The notes under the pieces were generated by a model. That model did no database searches and was not told the origin of the DNA. It worked only from the letters and a program-made list of their open reading frames with translations. A program made the translations under genes and the position numbers. 64,000 nucleotides of DNA, from the NCBI RefSeq assembly GCF_006345805.1, contig NC_042997.1:39742001-39806000 (forward strand), given 5' to 3'. The stretch comes from Octopus sinensis. Its lineage: Eukaryota. Numbering within the stretch: the stretch's first letter is position 1; every line of letters starts with the position of its first letter. Below are positions 36,690-50,105 of the stretch, one piece after another.

Positions 36690-37370
36690 GCATATGTACA
36701 TACGTATGTACATACTTACATCTATACGTATATATATAAGCATATGTGGGCACAAGATGTCATGAAACATGTACAACAAACAAATATGAAGCATGAACCA
36801 TTCTTTTGAACAATGAAAGACACAAATGGAAAACAAAACAAACAACATAAACAACGACCCTTCATCAGTTGTTGGCTGTTTTTCTAGTCTCCTATTTTGA
36901 GCATTTAACAACAATATACACTTTTGATAAAACTGTTGCTCCCGCAAAGCAAATTAAATAACATTTGGGATTTTGCCAAGTGCCAAAATAAGTAACACAA
37001 ACAGGACAGTGAAAATAAACAGGAAGGGCTGCTAGGCCTACACAAGGTTGTGGTGGCGAATGCATAAATCAAGCGTGGACAGGAGACAAAAAAGAACATG
37101 TGTTCCTTGTTCCAGCTGCAATGGAGTGAAAGAAAGAAAGAAACACAAGTTAAGAGAAGAAAGATGGCTGATGGTCGTGTGGGAGCCACGTAAGCAAGGG
37201 AGGAGGAGTGAGGGAGAGAGAGTGACAGAATAATAGGAAAGAATATGTTGTTTGTTTTGTTCCATGTACTCGTGCTTCATATTGTTTCGTTGTACACGTT
37301 TCATGTCATCCTGTGCCCACATATGCTTATATATATACATATAGATGTAAGTATGTACATATGTGTATGT
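36690..37370 (-). mobile_element. Penelope-like remnant with inverted arms
   Basis: Arms at about 36690-36800 and 37265-37370 are inverted copies; interior reads HTTISHLSSLNL...EQ...LFCLLSTL (GIY-YIG C-terminus-like); truncated CTGATGA-AGGG near 36860. Confidence 0.45.
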
Positions 37371-37965
37371 ATATATGCACACATATATAAACATATCAAT
37401 CGACTATATATATATATATACATATATATATGTGTGTGTATATGTATATATATGAATAAATGTATGTGTGTATGTATGTATATATATAAATGGTTATTCT
37501 TTGCTCATGTAATGACACCTGCTTTTCTTCCCCACTACCTGCTCCTTCCTCCTTTTCTTCTTCTCTGAGCATAGCTGCTTTCGTTTAGTAGGGAAAAAGG
37601 GTTGGGAGCAAAAACGAAAATAATCCATAGGAGCTGCAAGAATTAGATAATTGCAATAAGGTGCTCAGGTAGCTCCACAAAGTACAAGCTGTGTTGAAGT
37701 GTGGTGGTGGTGGGGTTTGCAAGACTGTATGGGGTGGTGAAAGAAAGGTGGCGAGGCAGACTGCCAAAATGGGTAGGGTTCAAGTGTGGATGAAACAAGA
37801 ACTGTGAGCTGGGGAAGATTGAGGGATGCAGAAGGATGGGTGCAGCTAATGGAATGAGTATTAAAGGTGATTCAGTCAGTGGATGTGGGAAGCATTGGAG
37901 AGAGGTATGATATGGTTGGACAGTCTGTAGAGCCAGGGATGAAGAGGCAGGTATAAAGGTATAAA

Positions 37966-38232
37966 GGTGGCGAGCTGGCAGAAACGTTAGCACGCCGGGC
38001 AAAATGCTTAGGGGTATTTCGTCCGCCGCTGCGTTCTGAGTTCAAATTCCGCTGAGGTCGACTTTGCCTTTCATCCTTTCGGGGCGATAAATTAAGTACC
38101 AGTTATGCACTGGGATCGATAAATTAAGTACCAGTTACGCACTGGGGTCGATGTAATCAACTTAATCTGTTTGTCTATCCTTGTTTGTCCCCTCTGTGTT
38201 TAGCCCCTAGTGGGTAGTAAAGAAATAGATAT
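37966..38232 (+). mobile_element. tRNA-derived SINE family D, full length, with an internal ~32-bp duplication
   Basis: GGTGGCGAGCTGGCAGAAACGTTAGC...GAGTTCAAATTCC; GATAAATTAAGTACCAGTTAYGCACTGGG occurs twice. Confidence 0.9.
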
Positions 38233-38289
38233 AAAGGTTGGGGAGGGACACTGTAATAGGTGGAGAACCCAAACAGCACTTTTGGAACT

Positions 38290-38712
38290 CAGTTATTCTG
38301 AAAAGGGTAAATTTTTTTGAGAGCCTCATACCACCAGAAATCCCAGTCCTTTGTCATCTCATCTGTCAGGCTCAGAGTCCTGAGATCAGCTTTCACCCAT
38401 TTCATTCTATATCTTCCTGGGTCTTCTTCTTCCTCAGGTTCCAACCACATTAGGCAAACTGCACTTCTTTATACAGCTGCCCTCATCCATACGTATCACA
38501 TGTTCATACCAGTAATGTTTTCTCTCTCTTGACCACAACATCTGATTTCTCTTACACCCAGTTTTTCACTCAGCACCTTTGCCCTAACCCTTTCATGCAC
38601 ACTAAAATTATGTTTCCATTGGAGCATGGTCACTTCATTTCTTTTCACTCTTCTCAACTCCTCTGCATTATGGTCCATGTCTCTCTACCATGCAGCATTG
38701 CAGTTCTAACAT
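38290..38712 (-). pseudogene. RTE-clade LINE ORF C-terminal remnant
   Basis: ETWTIM...SEKLGVREIRCCGQER...WYEHVIRMDEGSCIKKC. Confidence 0.75.
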
Positions 38713-39029
38713 GAGCATAACACAATCATTGTACAATATATATATGCATATGTTTATTTGTTTTTTTTTATATAAGCTTTTGCTAAAATTATTTGATTGG
38801 TGAAATAATTGAGAAATGGGGCAAGTTACTTCACTGTATTCATTTTGGGATTTTTGGGGGAAATGCTTTCAGAACACAAAGTACAAAAGACAGTTTGATG
38901 GGAAACTGTCTAGGACCTTGTCTTTCCTTTCTTTGCATGTCCATGTGTATATAATCCATTTAACTACTTAAATAAATGTGAATTTAGATGTGAGAGTTCA
39001 AACAGATTTAAAAGCATGAAAGAAAAGTT

Positions 39030-39826
39030 GGACATAAGAAGCATCAGATGTGGTGTGCAAGAGAGATGTCTGTGCTGGTATGGTCATGTGTTGCATATGG
39101 ATGAGGACAGCTGTGTGAAAAAACTGTCACACCCCAATAGTAGAGAGAACCTGTGGAAGAGGCAGACCAAGGAAGACCTGGCATGAGGTGGTGAAGCACG
39201 ACCTTCGAACATTGGGCCTCACAGAGGCAATGACAAGTGACCAAGTCCTTTGGCGATATGTTGTGCTTGAGAAGACCTGGCAAGCCAAGTGAGACGGTAA
39301 CCGTGGCCTATGCCACAGCAGCATAACCGTACCCTTCAATCATTGGACAATAAACTGTGCTTACGAAGATCTGTTGAGTCAAGTGAAGTCATTGTTGTGG
39401 CTGATGCCAGTACCACCTGACTGGCACTACTGCTGGTGGCATGTAAAAAGCACCATTCGAATGTGGTCATTGCCAGTGCAGCCTGACTGGCTCCTGTGCT
39501 GGTGGCATGTAAAAAGCACCATTCGAGTGTGGTCATTGCCAGTGCCACCTGACTGGCTCCCCTGTGCTGGTGGCACATAAAAAGCACCATTCAAGGATGG
39601 CCGATGCCAGTACTACCTGACTAGCCCTCATGCTAGTGGCATGAGAAAAGCACCCACTACACCCTTGGTGTGGTTGGCATTAGGAAGGGCATTTAAGCTG
39701 TAGAAACCTTCCCAGATCAGATTGGAACCTGGCACAGTTTTCTGGCTTGCCAGTCCTCAGTCAAACCCTCCAACCCATGCCAGCATGGAAAGCAGACGTT
39801 AAATGATGATGACAACGACGACTATG
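39030..39826 (+). mobile_element. RTE-clade LINE 3' portion: ORF end, VNTR-containing 3' UTR and tail (reference copy of family R)
   Basis: KLDIRSIRCGVQERCLCWYGHVLHMDEDSCVKK...CGRGRPRKTWHEVVKHDLRTLGLTEAMTSD...QAK* runs directly into the tandem units and the terminus shared by about 25 short copies. Confidence 0.9.
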
Positions 39827-39844
39827 ACTTACATAGGATATAGA

Positions 39845-40680
39845 GGTGATGAAATCATGAGAGGCTGTTTTTGCATATTCTTCAGATTTGAAGTTTTCCC
39901 TTGCAAAAAGTTGTCTAATGCCTGGAAAACGTGATAGTCAGTTGGTGCAAGGTCTGGTGAATATGGTAGGTGACAAAGTACTTCCAAGTTCAGTTCCTGC
40001 AACTTGAGTAGTGTTCTTTGTGCAACATGTGGTCAAGCATTGTCTTGCAAGTGAATTGGTCTGTCTCTATTGACCAATCTCGGTTGTTTAATTGCAAGTT
40101 CACTCATCATTTCATCCAGTTGGTTGATGTATGCATCTGCTGTAATTGACCCACCAGGTTTCATGAATCTGTAGTGGATGACACCAGTGCTGGACACCTG
40201 ACATCATTAACTGTTTTTGGTGAATATTCTTTTTGGATGGTGTTTTGACACTTCGTCTCTATCCAACCACCATGCAGAACACTTGCTTTGTTGAAAAGAA
40301 TCCATTTTTCATCATACATAACAATTTGAGGCAAAAATGGTTTGCTTTTATGCTGTGACAGCAAAGAACAGCAAGTTTCAAGACACTGTATCATTTGATG
40401 CTTGTTCAGTTCCTGTGGTACCCACTTGTCCAGCTTCTTTGCCTTGCTGATTTGTTTCAGATGGGCCAGTACAGTTGGAATCGAAACATCAAGCCTTGCT
40501 GCCAACTCACACATTGTTTCAGATGTATCTGCTTCCACTACAGTTTCCAGCTCATTGTTATCCACCTTGGTCTCAGGTCTACCACGGGGCTGATTTTCAA
40601 GAGTAAAATCACCCAACCAGAACTTCTCAATGACTGTCAAACTTGGAGCATAAGAAAACCAGACATTTCATTCTTAATGA
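39845..40680 (-). pseudogene. Mariner (DD34D) transposase remnant
   Basis: PRGRPETK...WVPQEL...DEKWILF...QDNA*PHVA...YSPDLAPTDYH; 34 residues between the last two Asp. Confidence 0.9.
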
Positions 40681-40682
40681 CC

Positions 40683-40713
<31 letters not shown>

Positions 40714-40999
40714 CAAAGGGATGACCTGTCTTGCTTGCTTACTTTCTGGTGTTTGCTAAATTTTCTTGAGAACATTCTTTCTTAGTGGTAAGACCATAGC
40801 AGATCTTCTTCTAGCATAATGGATGTCCACTTACAGGTCATCTCTTTCATATGCATGTTATATAATTTTTCTGAAACTTCATATTTTTTAAATATACTAG
40901 ACCACTGGTTTTAAATTGATATTATTCAAGTTAATATTCAATTTTTCACCCTTATTTCAATTTAAATTATATATATATATATATATAATATATATATAC

Positions 41000-41510
41000 T
41001 ATATATATAAAATTATTGGTGAATTGAGAAATGAGCTGAACGCAGATTGAACAGAAATCGTTTTATTTCATTCTACACGTGTTTCGAAAGGCACAAATTA
41101 CCAAACCGATTGAATAACGGGACCATATTGTTCTTTCTCTTCAGAAGAAAAAAGGAAATCGTTGGAAAAACAAAAACAGAACATAGGCGGAGCAAAACAA
41201 ATCGAACTGTGCTCCTAAGAGCCCATGGCGAAACTGTTTATCAGTGTAGTTTGGAAGACAGTGCAACCTTGTGTCTCCGAACTCTTCCATATCTTGTTGC
41301 CAGAGGCCGGATGGTAACGGGCTCCCACAGTCGCTTTCGATGCCCCCATTTGCGGCGTTACACTTATCTGGCCTTTAAATAGCGTTTATAAACATACCGG
41401 CACAGCCCCTGGCAACAAACTCCGAAATAGCCGTTAGATATCTACGATTCCAGTTTACTGCTGTGATTTTTGCTACTAAGGTATCGGTTAAACTTTTGAT
41501 TATCTACTAC
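41000..41510 (-). mobile_element. Probable young Penelope-like terminal fragment
   Basis: CpG-rich segment between TA arrays carrying a well-formed hammerhead core. Confidence 0.5.
41061..41155 (-). ncRNA. Type I hammerhead ribozyme motif with extended stem II
   Basis: CTGAAGA-GAAAG...(~42 nt)...CTTTC-GAAAC-ACGT-GTA: canonical G-C closing pair, palindromic stem III ACACGTGT; stem I weak. Confidence 0.7.
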
Positions 41511-41544
41511 AAGATTATTCATCTTTCTATTTCACATAATATAT

Positions 41545-41584
<40 letters not shown>

Positions 41585-41587
<3 letters not shown>

Positions 41588-41748
41588 TACACTCACGGAG
41601 TGGTTGGCGTTAGGAGGGCATCCAGCTGTAGAAACTCTGCCAGATCAGACTGGAGCCTGGTGTGCAGCCCCTGGCTTCCCGTACCCCGTCGAACTGTCCA
41701 ACCCGTGCTAGCGCAGAAAACGGACGTTAAACGATGATGATGTTGATG

Positions 41749-41750
<2 letters not shown>
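41585..41750 (+). mobile_element. Family-R 3' end
   Basis: Conserved terminus and (GAT)n tail. Confidence 0.85.
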
Positions 41751-41791
<41 letters not shown>

Positions 41792-41929
41792 TGTGTGAGT
41801 ATGAATATATTCTTTTATTCGTTTCAGCCATTTGGTTGCAGCCATTTGGTTGCTACATGCTGGAGCACCAGTGTGTTTTTACACTTTTGCATACCATTCT
41901 TCTTTGGCTGATTTCTTCAGGGTGATGGG

Positions 41930-42290
41930 ATTTCATATCACTACATCTCTATGAGCTTTTCTCCTAGTGGTTGGCCCCTTTGGTGTGTGTGAGGGAGATT
42001 GACACTGCTGCCCTCCTCTTTACCTCATACCAGGCCATTAATTTCCCCAGTATCATGAATAAGAGACATTCCAGGTCCTTTTTAAAGACATCTACATTCA
42101 CATTGAGTATGTATCTTAATTTTTTTGGTAGGACATTGAAGTGTTGTGGACCTTTGAAACCTTAGCTATTGTAGTTCGTGGTACAATACAACAGCATCTG
42201 GTTGAGCTTTTGTAAAACACTCAATGGTGAAATTAGGCAGTAGCCCTTCCAGAATTTTCTATATGAGTGTCTGGTGGTGTTTTTACATGC
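41930..42290 (-). pseudogene. CR1/L2-group LINE C-terminal remnant
   Basis: GPQHFNVLPKKI...F*KK.L...RAAVS-like motifs. Confidence 0.5.
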
Positions 42291-42345
42291 TTTTTGCTCC
42301 AGGGAGTAATATATATATAATCTATATATATATATATATATATAT

Positions 42346-42490
42346 CATCATCATCATCATCACATCGTTTAGCGTCCGCTTTCCATGCTAGCATGGGTTG
42401 GACGGTTCAACTGGTCTGGGAAGACAGAAGGGATGCACCAGGCCCAGTCAGATCTGGCAGTGTTTCTACGGCTGGATGCCCTTCCTAACG
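42346..42490 (-). mobile_element. Family-R 3' end
   Basis: (CAT)n tail plus terminus. Confidence 0.85.
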
Positions 42491-42499
42491 CACACACAC

Positions 42500-42505
42500 C
42501 CACGC

Positions 42506-42565
<60 letters not shown>

Positions 42566-43303
42566 CGCACACACACTATATTAATATATATATATGTATA
42601 TATATACATATATATATATACATATATATATATATACTATATATATATCTATATATATGTATATATATATATATTATATAATATATATAATATACATACA
42701 CATCTATATTTATATATCTAATTCTATACCTTTTTATATATAATATACACACTTGATTATATATATATATATATTATATTATATATATATATATATAGTG
42801 TATTTTATATATTTTCTTTTTGTAACATATTTCTACTATATAAATATGTAAACCACCTGAAGAATGACTGTAACTCGAAAATTTTAAGAATTGAACAGCC
42901 ATGAAATGATCGTAGTGTTATACTAATTATCTTTTTTAATAATTTTGATATATATTTGAATATTATAAATTAATTAATCTTATGTATTGGCTTAAGTTTT
43001 TCATTGTATGATTTGCCTAATAGTGGTTTTATCTCTAATTTAATATAATATATATATATATATATACTATACACATACATATATATATACATATATGCAT
43101 ATATATTTATATATCAATATCCAAATCTATATCTATCAATCTATCATTGCGTGCACACACACACTCACATACACACACACACACACATATGTACACACAT
43201 ACATATGTATATAAATAGACTCGTATATATATGTGTATATATATATATATATGCAAACATGGGAAAGTGGACATTTGTGGTGATGATGATGATAATGATG
43301 ATG

Positions 43304-43334
<31 letters not shown>

Positions 43335-43752
43335 TGTGTGTGTGTGTGTGGTGTGTGTGTGTGTGTGTTTGTATATATATATATACAATCTTTTATTTGT
43401 TTCAGTCACTTGACTGCGGTCATGCTGGAGCACCACCTTTAGTCAGACAAATCGATCCCAGAACTTATTCTTTGTAAGCCAGGTTCTCATTCTATCATGG
43501 TCTTTTACTGAACTGCTAAGTTACGGGGAGGTAAACACACCAGCATCAGTTGTCAAGTGATGGTGGGGTGCCAAACACATATATATATACCCTGGTAACT
43601 GTTTATTGAATTTTCCATGTTAACTGTAAACAAAGGATATTTCATTCAGCCATTTACATATATATATATATCATCGTTAAACGATGATGATGATGATGAC
43701 GATACATATATACATATATATACATACATATATATATATATATATTATATAT

Positions 43753-43787
<35 letters not shown>

Positions 43788-44200
43788 CTATATATACAAC
43801 GCACACTTACGTGTATATCTTTAATTTATTTATATATAGGTGCAGGAGTGACTGTGTGGTAAGAAGCTTGCTTCCCAACTACAGGTGCCGGTTCAGTCCC
43901 AGCGTGTAGGACCACCACCACCAATAAGTACCAGACTTACAAAGAATATATATAATTATATATACACATACAACTATATAACATTATATATATATGTATA
44001 TATTATATATATATAATATATATTATATAATATATATATATATAATATATATATTAATATATATATACTATATAGATACATATATTTGTGTGTGTGTATG
44101 TGTATTATTTATGTACCTTCATATATTTATATATACATACATACTTCCATACTTACATGCATACATAAGTACACATATATATGTTAATGATTTCTCTATA
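42500..44200. repeat. Dense TA/CA/GT microsatellite field with SINE C fragments (43391-43557 -, 43838-43947 +)
   Basis: Direct reading. Confidence 0.9.
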
Positions 44201-44362
44201 AAATTAAGAAAATACCTGTAGTTGAATCTCTGTCATACATACACCCATACATAATGCACACATACATATGCAAGCATATATATTGTGATTAGCTTATCGA
44301 GAAAAAAAAAACTATCAAAAAGTACATGGAGAGTGAAAGAGAAAAATGTTATCGTGGGAGAT

Positions 44363-44419
<57 letters not shown>

Positions 44420-45109
44420 TGTGTGTGTGTGTGTGTGGTGTGTGTGTGTGTGAGAGAAAGGTGAGGAGTTGTATATATATTGAAAGTGGTAAAGAAAGTG
44501 TAAAATCACAATTGACATTAAATTTCTGTTACTTATTCCCTTTTTTTTATAAAGGAAAGGGGTACACAATCACTTTCAGACTTTAACTCACAGGCATCAC
44601 TAATTAATTAACCCGGGGAAACTTATATAATTAATTATGGATTAATATTCACAAGAACAAAGATAAATATTATTACCTATAAAGTTGTATCAATGTTCTT
44701 AAGCCAGCCAGCCAGCCTCCCGTTTAGTTCCTCATTCAGATCTCATTTAGCGTTTGACTAAGCTGTTACCGAAGAAGAAGACTCTATTTGCTGCCCATTC
44801 CTTCCTATACAGTCACTCTCACCTCTCTGCCGAAATTTTTAGTAAATATAGATTCTGCCAAGTCTTATTTTTCTCTCCACCATCCACCCATCCATCCATC
44901 CATCCACTCATCCATTCTCCCATCCTCCACCACCACCGCCATCCATTCAAGTTTCGTTTCTGGTAGCCAGATACCCATCCTAACCTCTTTCCTTTCTTTC
45001 TCTCTCTCTCTTGTTTCGTGTCTGACTTCCCTTAACTCACTCAGCTGTTTCTGTTGATGAATAACAGGAAGAATGTGAAAAAATAGAAATGTATCATTAT
45101 ATACACATG

Positions 45110-45231
45110 AACAAGTCTGTGTCTGTCTGTCTGTCTCTCTGGCTGCTGGTCTGTCTGTCTGTCTACCTGTTTGTCAGCCCATATCTTTCTTTCTTTCTTT
45201 CTCTCTTTCTCTCTCTCCCTCTCTCTCTCTT

Positions 45232-45268
<37 letters not shown>

Positions 45269-45278
45269 CTCCCCTCTC

Positions 45279-45313
<35 letters not shown>

Positions 45314-45362
45314 CTCTCTCTTTCTTTCTCTCTCTCTCTCAGTCTCTCTTTCTTTCTTTATT

Positions 45363-45405
<43 letters not shown>

Positions 45406-45475
45406 CTCTCTCTCTGTCTCTCTCTGTCTCTCTCTCTCTCTCTGCTGTCTCTCTCTCTCTTCTCTCTTTCTCTCT
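45110..45475. repeat. (CT)n/(CTTT)n polypyrimidine tract
   Basis: Direct reading; source of the ERKK/LSLS ORFs. Confidence 0.95.
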
Positions 45476-45796
45476 CATGTGCGTCTTACAAACAAATCCA
45501 TACATAAAATATTGTATGTAGAAGTTTTAATGAAACTTCCTTTTCTGTCAAATTAAAACTGATAAAATCATAATTAGACATCTAGATTATTAACCATTTT
45601 TATAATTATTTATAGAAGAGGATGGACATCTCTAATATTCTTCACACTGAATATTTTATTGTTCATTCCATTCAATTTATCATTGTTTTTTTCTTTATCC
45701 ACAATTTTATTTTGACTTACCAAAATTTCAACCATTATCTTAACCACTACGACCAGTACCCAACCATCACCACCACCACTACCACCACCACTAACT

Positions 45797-46030
45797 ATTT
45801 CTTTACTACCCACAAGGGGCTAGACATAGAGGGGACAAACAAGGACAGACATAGGTATTAAGTCGATTACATCGACCCCAGTGCGTAACTGGTACTTAAT
45901 TTATCGACCCCGAAAGGATGAAAGGCAAAGTCGACCTCGGCGTAATTTGAACTCAGAACGTAACGCAGACGAAATACCGCTAGGCATTTCGTCCTGCATG
46001 CTAACGTTTCTGCCAGTTCGCCACCACCAA
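45797..46030 (-). mobile_element. SINE family D
   Basis: Reverse complement of the 37966-38232 type. Confidence 0.88.
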
Positions 46031-46956
46031 CCACAGCCACTGCCGGTGCCAATGCCACCTCCGTCTCTGTTGCCTCTAGCACCACTGCTGCTGCTGCCAC
46101 CCCCCCCCACCACTACTGCCACCATCGCCACCAACACCATTATTGCTGCCAGCACTTACTCCACCACCACCACCACCCCACTATCACTGTCCTGAGTCAA
46201 TAAGGGAACCTCTATGTGATTGTCTGATTTTCTAGAAATAGCAGCTAAATCTTCTTTCTCTCACTCTCTTGTGTTATACCCACTCTCTTAGCAATGGATG
46301 TGTTGGATAATGTACAGGGATGGTCATGACTAGAGTGCATTTGATCATACCTCAAAGTTAGTGCTACCCTTGTAGCAAACAACAACATCACTGTCAAAAT
46401 AACTGGTATTTCCACTGCTAATATTAATATTACCAGAACCATTTATATTTTTTCTCGGATATCTGGTGTGAGAACTTATTTCATATAAATAAAAATTTTT
46501 TTTTTTTTTCTTCGAGAGGAAAGTTTACAATCAGTGGTTAGAATAACAAAGCTGTTAAAATATAAATACACATTTCATAGGCAGAAGCTGTCGTTTCAGA
46601 ATTGCTACTCTGTTGGAGTGATACCACGTTTTATTTTCATATGAAGGAGTTGAGAGATAAATTAAGAGATGAATTAAGAGAAAGTGGGGAGGAAGGAAGA
46701 GAGAAAGAGAAACTGAGAGTGAAATGAAGTGAGAAAAGAGGAGTAAAATAAAAAAATAATAATATAAAAAAATTGAGCCCTTGGGGGAAAAAGGAAAGAA
46801 TGTAAGCAATTTTTACTTACTGTTTTAATACACCCTTAGATGTAAACTTGGGTGTGTGATTAATAAGTTCTCTAAGAAACCATTTGGTTCTGAGTTTATT
46901 CTCACTACTTGGTGTATTAGACAAGAGTCTGCTACTATGACCTGGCCCTCCATCAG

Positions 46957-47270
46957 TTATGATGATGAGTGTTCCGGTTGATTTGGTCAGTGGGACAGCC
47001 TGCTTGTGAGATTAATGTGCAAGTGGTTGACTACCCCACAGACACATGTGCCCTTAATGTAGCTCTCAAGGAAATTCAGCGTGACACACTGAATATGATA
47101 AGGTTAGACCATTGGATTACCTGTACGACTCATTTTTGCCAGCTGAATGGATGGGAACAATGAGAAATAAAGTGTCTTGCTCAAGATCACAACGCACCAT
47201 CAAGAACCAAACTCACACCCTTACAATCATGAGTTGAACAGCCTAGCCATTAAGCCAGGCACTTTCTTAG
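46957..47270 (-). mobile_element. tRNA-derived SINE, body B + tail X
   Basis: Reverse complement: GCGTTGTGATCTTGAGCAAGACACTTTATTTC...CAGCTGGCAAAAATGAGT then TGTGTCACGCTGAATTTCC...GCAGGCTGTCCC...CCGGAACAC. Confidence 0.7.
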
Positions 47271-47364
47271 TCTGCTACTATAGGCTTATGCTAACCAACA
47301 TTTTGTGAAGTCTTGTGACCGAATTTGATAAATGGAAACTATGGAGAAGCTTGCAGTCTGTCTG

Positions 47365-47710
<346 letters not shown>

Positions 47711-47997
47711 ATATACATGTATGTATGTGAAAATGTATGTCTGTGTCTCCATGATAATTGTAAAAGATTGTCGCTGTCACAGAAGCAGTGGAATGCATTT
47801 TCAATATTCTGTGACATGCATTTCCAATATCCATGTCTGGTGATGGGGAAATATTACCTTACCTGGAAACAGGTGAGAGCTGGCAAAAGGAAGAGCATCC
47901 AGCTATAAATAAAAACAAACCTGCCTCAATAAATTCTATCCAACCCATGCAAGCATGGAAAAGTGGATGTTTAACATGATGGTGATGATGATGATGA

Positions 47998-48041
<44 letters not shown>

Positions 48042-49575
48042 ATTGCACCTTGCGATAAATACTTAGGAACTTACCTTTGTAAGGCCCTTTGTGTATTTAA
48101 ATTTTGATTTGATCAAACTTATTAATGCTTTTGTCGATTCAATCTTGATATTTTAAACCCCCAAAATATTCAATGACTTCAATGTACTACTTTTCAGATG
48201 TGTTTTTTATCTTTGCTTTTCTGCAGTTAATCCCAGATATATCGAACCACTAATGTTACCAAATCATGATCTTTTAGTGGCGAGAAAAATGCCTTGTGAT
48301 CAAATCATGGTATACTACACATCAATATTGCCATGAACATTTAAAATACATTGTTTTGTGTCTGTATTAAAAAAAGGAATTTTGCCTCTTGCAATGCATA
48401 CATTTAAAATAAATCTGTAAAAATGATCCACTTTTAAAGGAATGAAAATATATACTTAATTTCTACATATTTACAAAATTATAAGAAAAATATCATTGAA
48501 TCACACTACCTTATACTGATACATCATGGGGAAGAGTCTCTAAGTAGATCTCTATATAGATATATTTATATATTATTAATATATTTAATTACAAATAGGT
48601 TATATTTATATACATACTCTTCAAAATGTATACCAGGTAGTTTTATTTTACATTTAGAATATATTTGATATTTATATACTTATGACTTTGCTATTAGCCT
48701 TATTAAAATGCAATGGTAGAATTTACTCCTATCTTCAGAATACTAAATATAAAAGAACATAACTATAAAGTACAGGTAACGTTTCAGGTAAAATATGCAT
48801 TTACCAATTCTATATATCTGACTAATGTAAACAGTGTATATAATATGCATTTACCATTCGAGAAAATCCAAGGATGATTGATATAACTTGAAGAATCTTC
48901 AATAGGAATGTATGAATTCTCTCTCTATGTATAGTATTAATATATTCTTTTTGTTTTTGAGTTAAATGTGGTCAAAACTACATGTGATCATGTTTAAAAT
49001 GACAAAGGTTAAAAAGTGAAGGAGTAATAGTATCACTCTGTTCTACACACACACACGTTTTATTTATTTGTATGTTTATTTATACACATAAACTTTCACA
49101 TTTATATACATGCTGCTCCATTAATCTAGATAGACAATAGAATGACTCTTTATGATGCCAGATTTTTGAAATGTTTAAGGAGATCCCGACTTGCATAGGC
49201 CACACAATTTAAATATTGACCTAGAAAGAATTTTGGCCTCTGGTTGCATTTACTGATGAGAGATTGTCATTCAAATAACACTAAACTACTCAAAGGTTGT
49301 CTATTACTGAACGACTACTTTGGAAAATATACTGACTACTATTCAACAACGTACACTGGTTGAAATATGCATGTGTGTGTGTGAACGCACGTACATACAT
49401 GAGTTTATATAAGAGAGTTTAGGGTGTTCGTGAATATTTGGAAACTGATGCTTTATGAGAGATAAGAAGTTCTCAACAGTATTTGTAGTGTTGTCTGTCT
49501 AAGTTATAACATGAGAGGACAGATTGCTTTCACTTCCTGTCACTCCTTGAATATGTAATGAGGAGGGGAGTCAAC

Positions 49576-49660
49576 ATGAGAACTAACTTCTCGTTAAGGC
49601 ATTCCTGGATAGTGCTTTATTACTCCTCTTACATGCAGCACACCTACTATCGTCCCTCAT
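49576..49660 (+). CDS. Possible first coding exon on the plus strand (MRTNFSLRHSWIVLYYSSYMQHTYYRPS, phase 1)
   Basis: CAACATG start context, 85 nt open, ends CAT|GTGAGT, in repeat-poor sequence. Confidence 0.3.
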
Positions 49661-49896
49661 GTGAGTGATCTGTAACAATTCTTATCATGTGACATGCCTC
49701 GACAAATGTGAAAGTAAGTTTGCAAATGGCCCCTAGACACCTGTCCTTCAAGTCACACAGAGCTAAACCATATTCATGACAAATGATTAGGCCTGCATTT
49801 TATATATCTATGAGACTCCAAGTTATGAACATTTGAGTCACCAGCTATTCCTCTACAAATATAGATTTTATGCTATGTATTGAATATACTTTTCTT

Positions 49897-50102
49897 TCAT
49901 CATCATCATCATCATCATCATCATCGTCGTCATCGTTTAGCGTCTGCTTTCCATGCTAGCATGGGTTGGATGGTTCAACTGGGGTCTGGGAAGCCAGAAG
50001 GCTGCACCAGGCCCAGTCTGATCTGGCAATGTTTCAACGGATGGATGCCCTTCCTAACGCCAACCACTCCGAGAGTGTAGTGGGTGCTTTTTACGTGCCA
50101 CA
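49897..50102 (-). mobile_element. Family-R 3' end
   Basis: (CAT)n tail plus terminus. Confidence 0.85.
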
Positions 50103-50105
50103 AGA

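Noticed and set aside
37580-37960. 119-aa minus-strand ORF possibly from a Penelope or L2 coding region
   Set aside because: I could not recognise a diagnostic motif, so it is left unassigned.
44560-44870. Cluster of TAATTA homeodomain-like sites and a possible promoter
   Set aside because: Such motifs are expected by chance in AT-rich DNA and there is no independent support.
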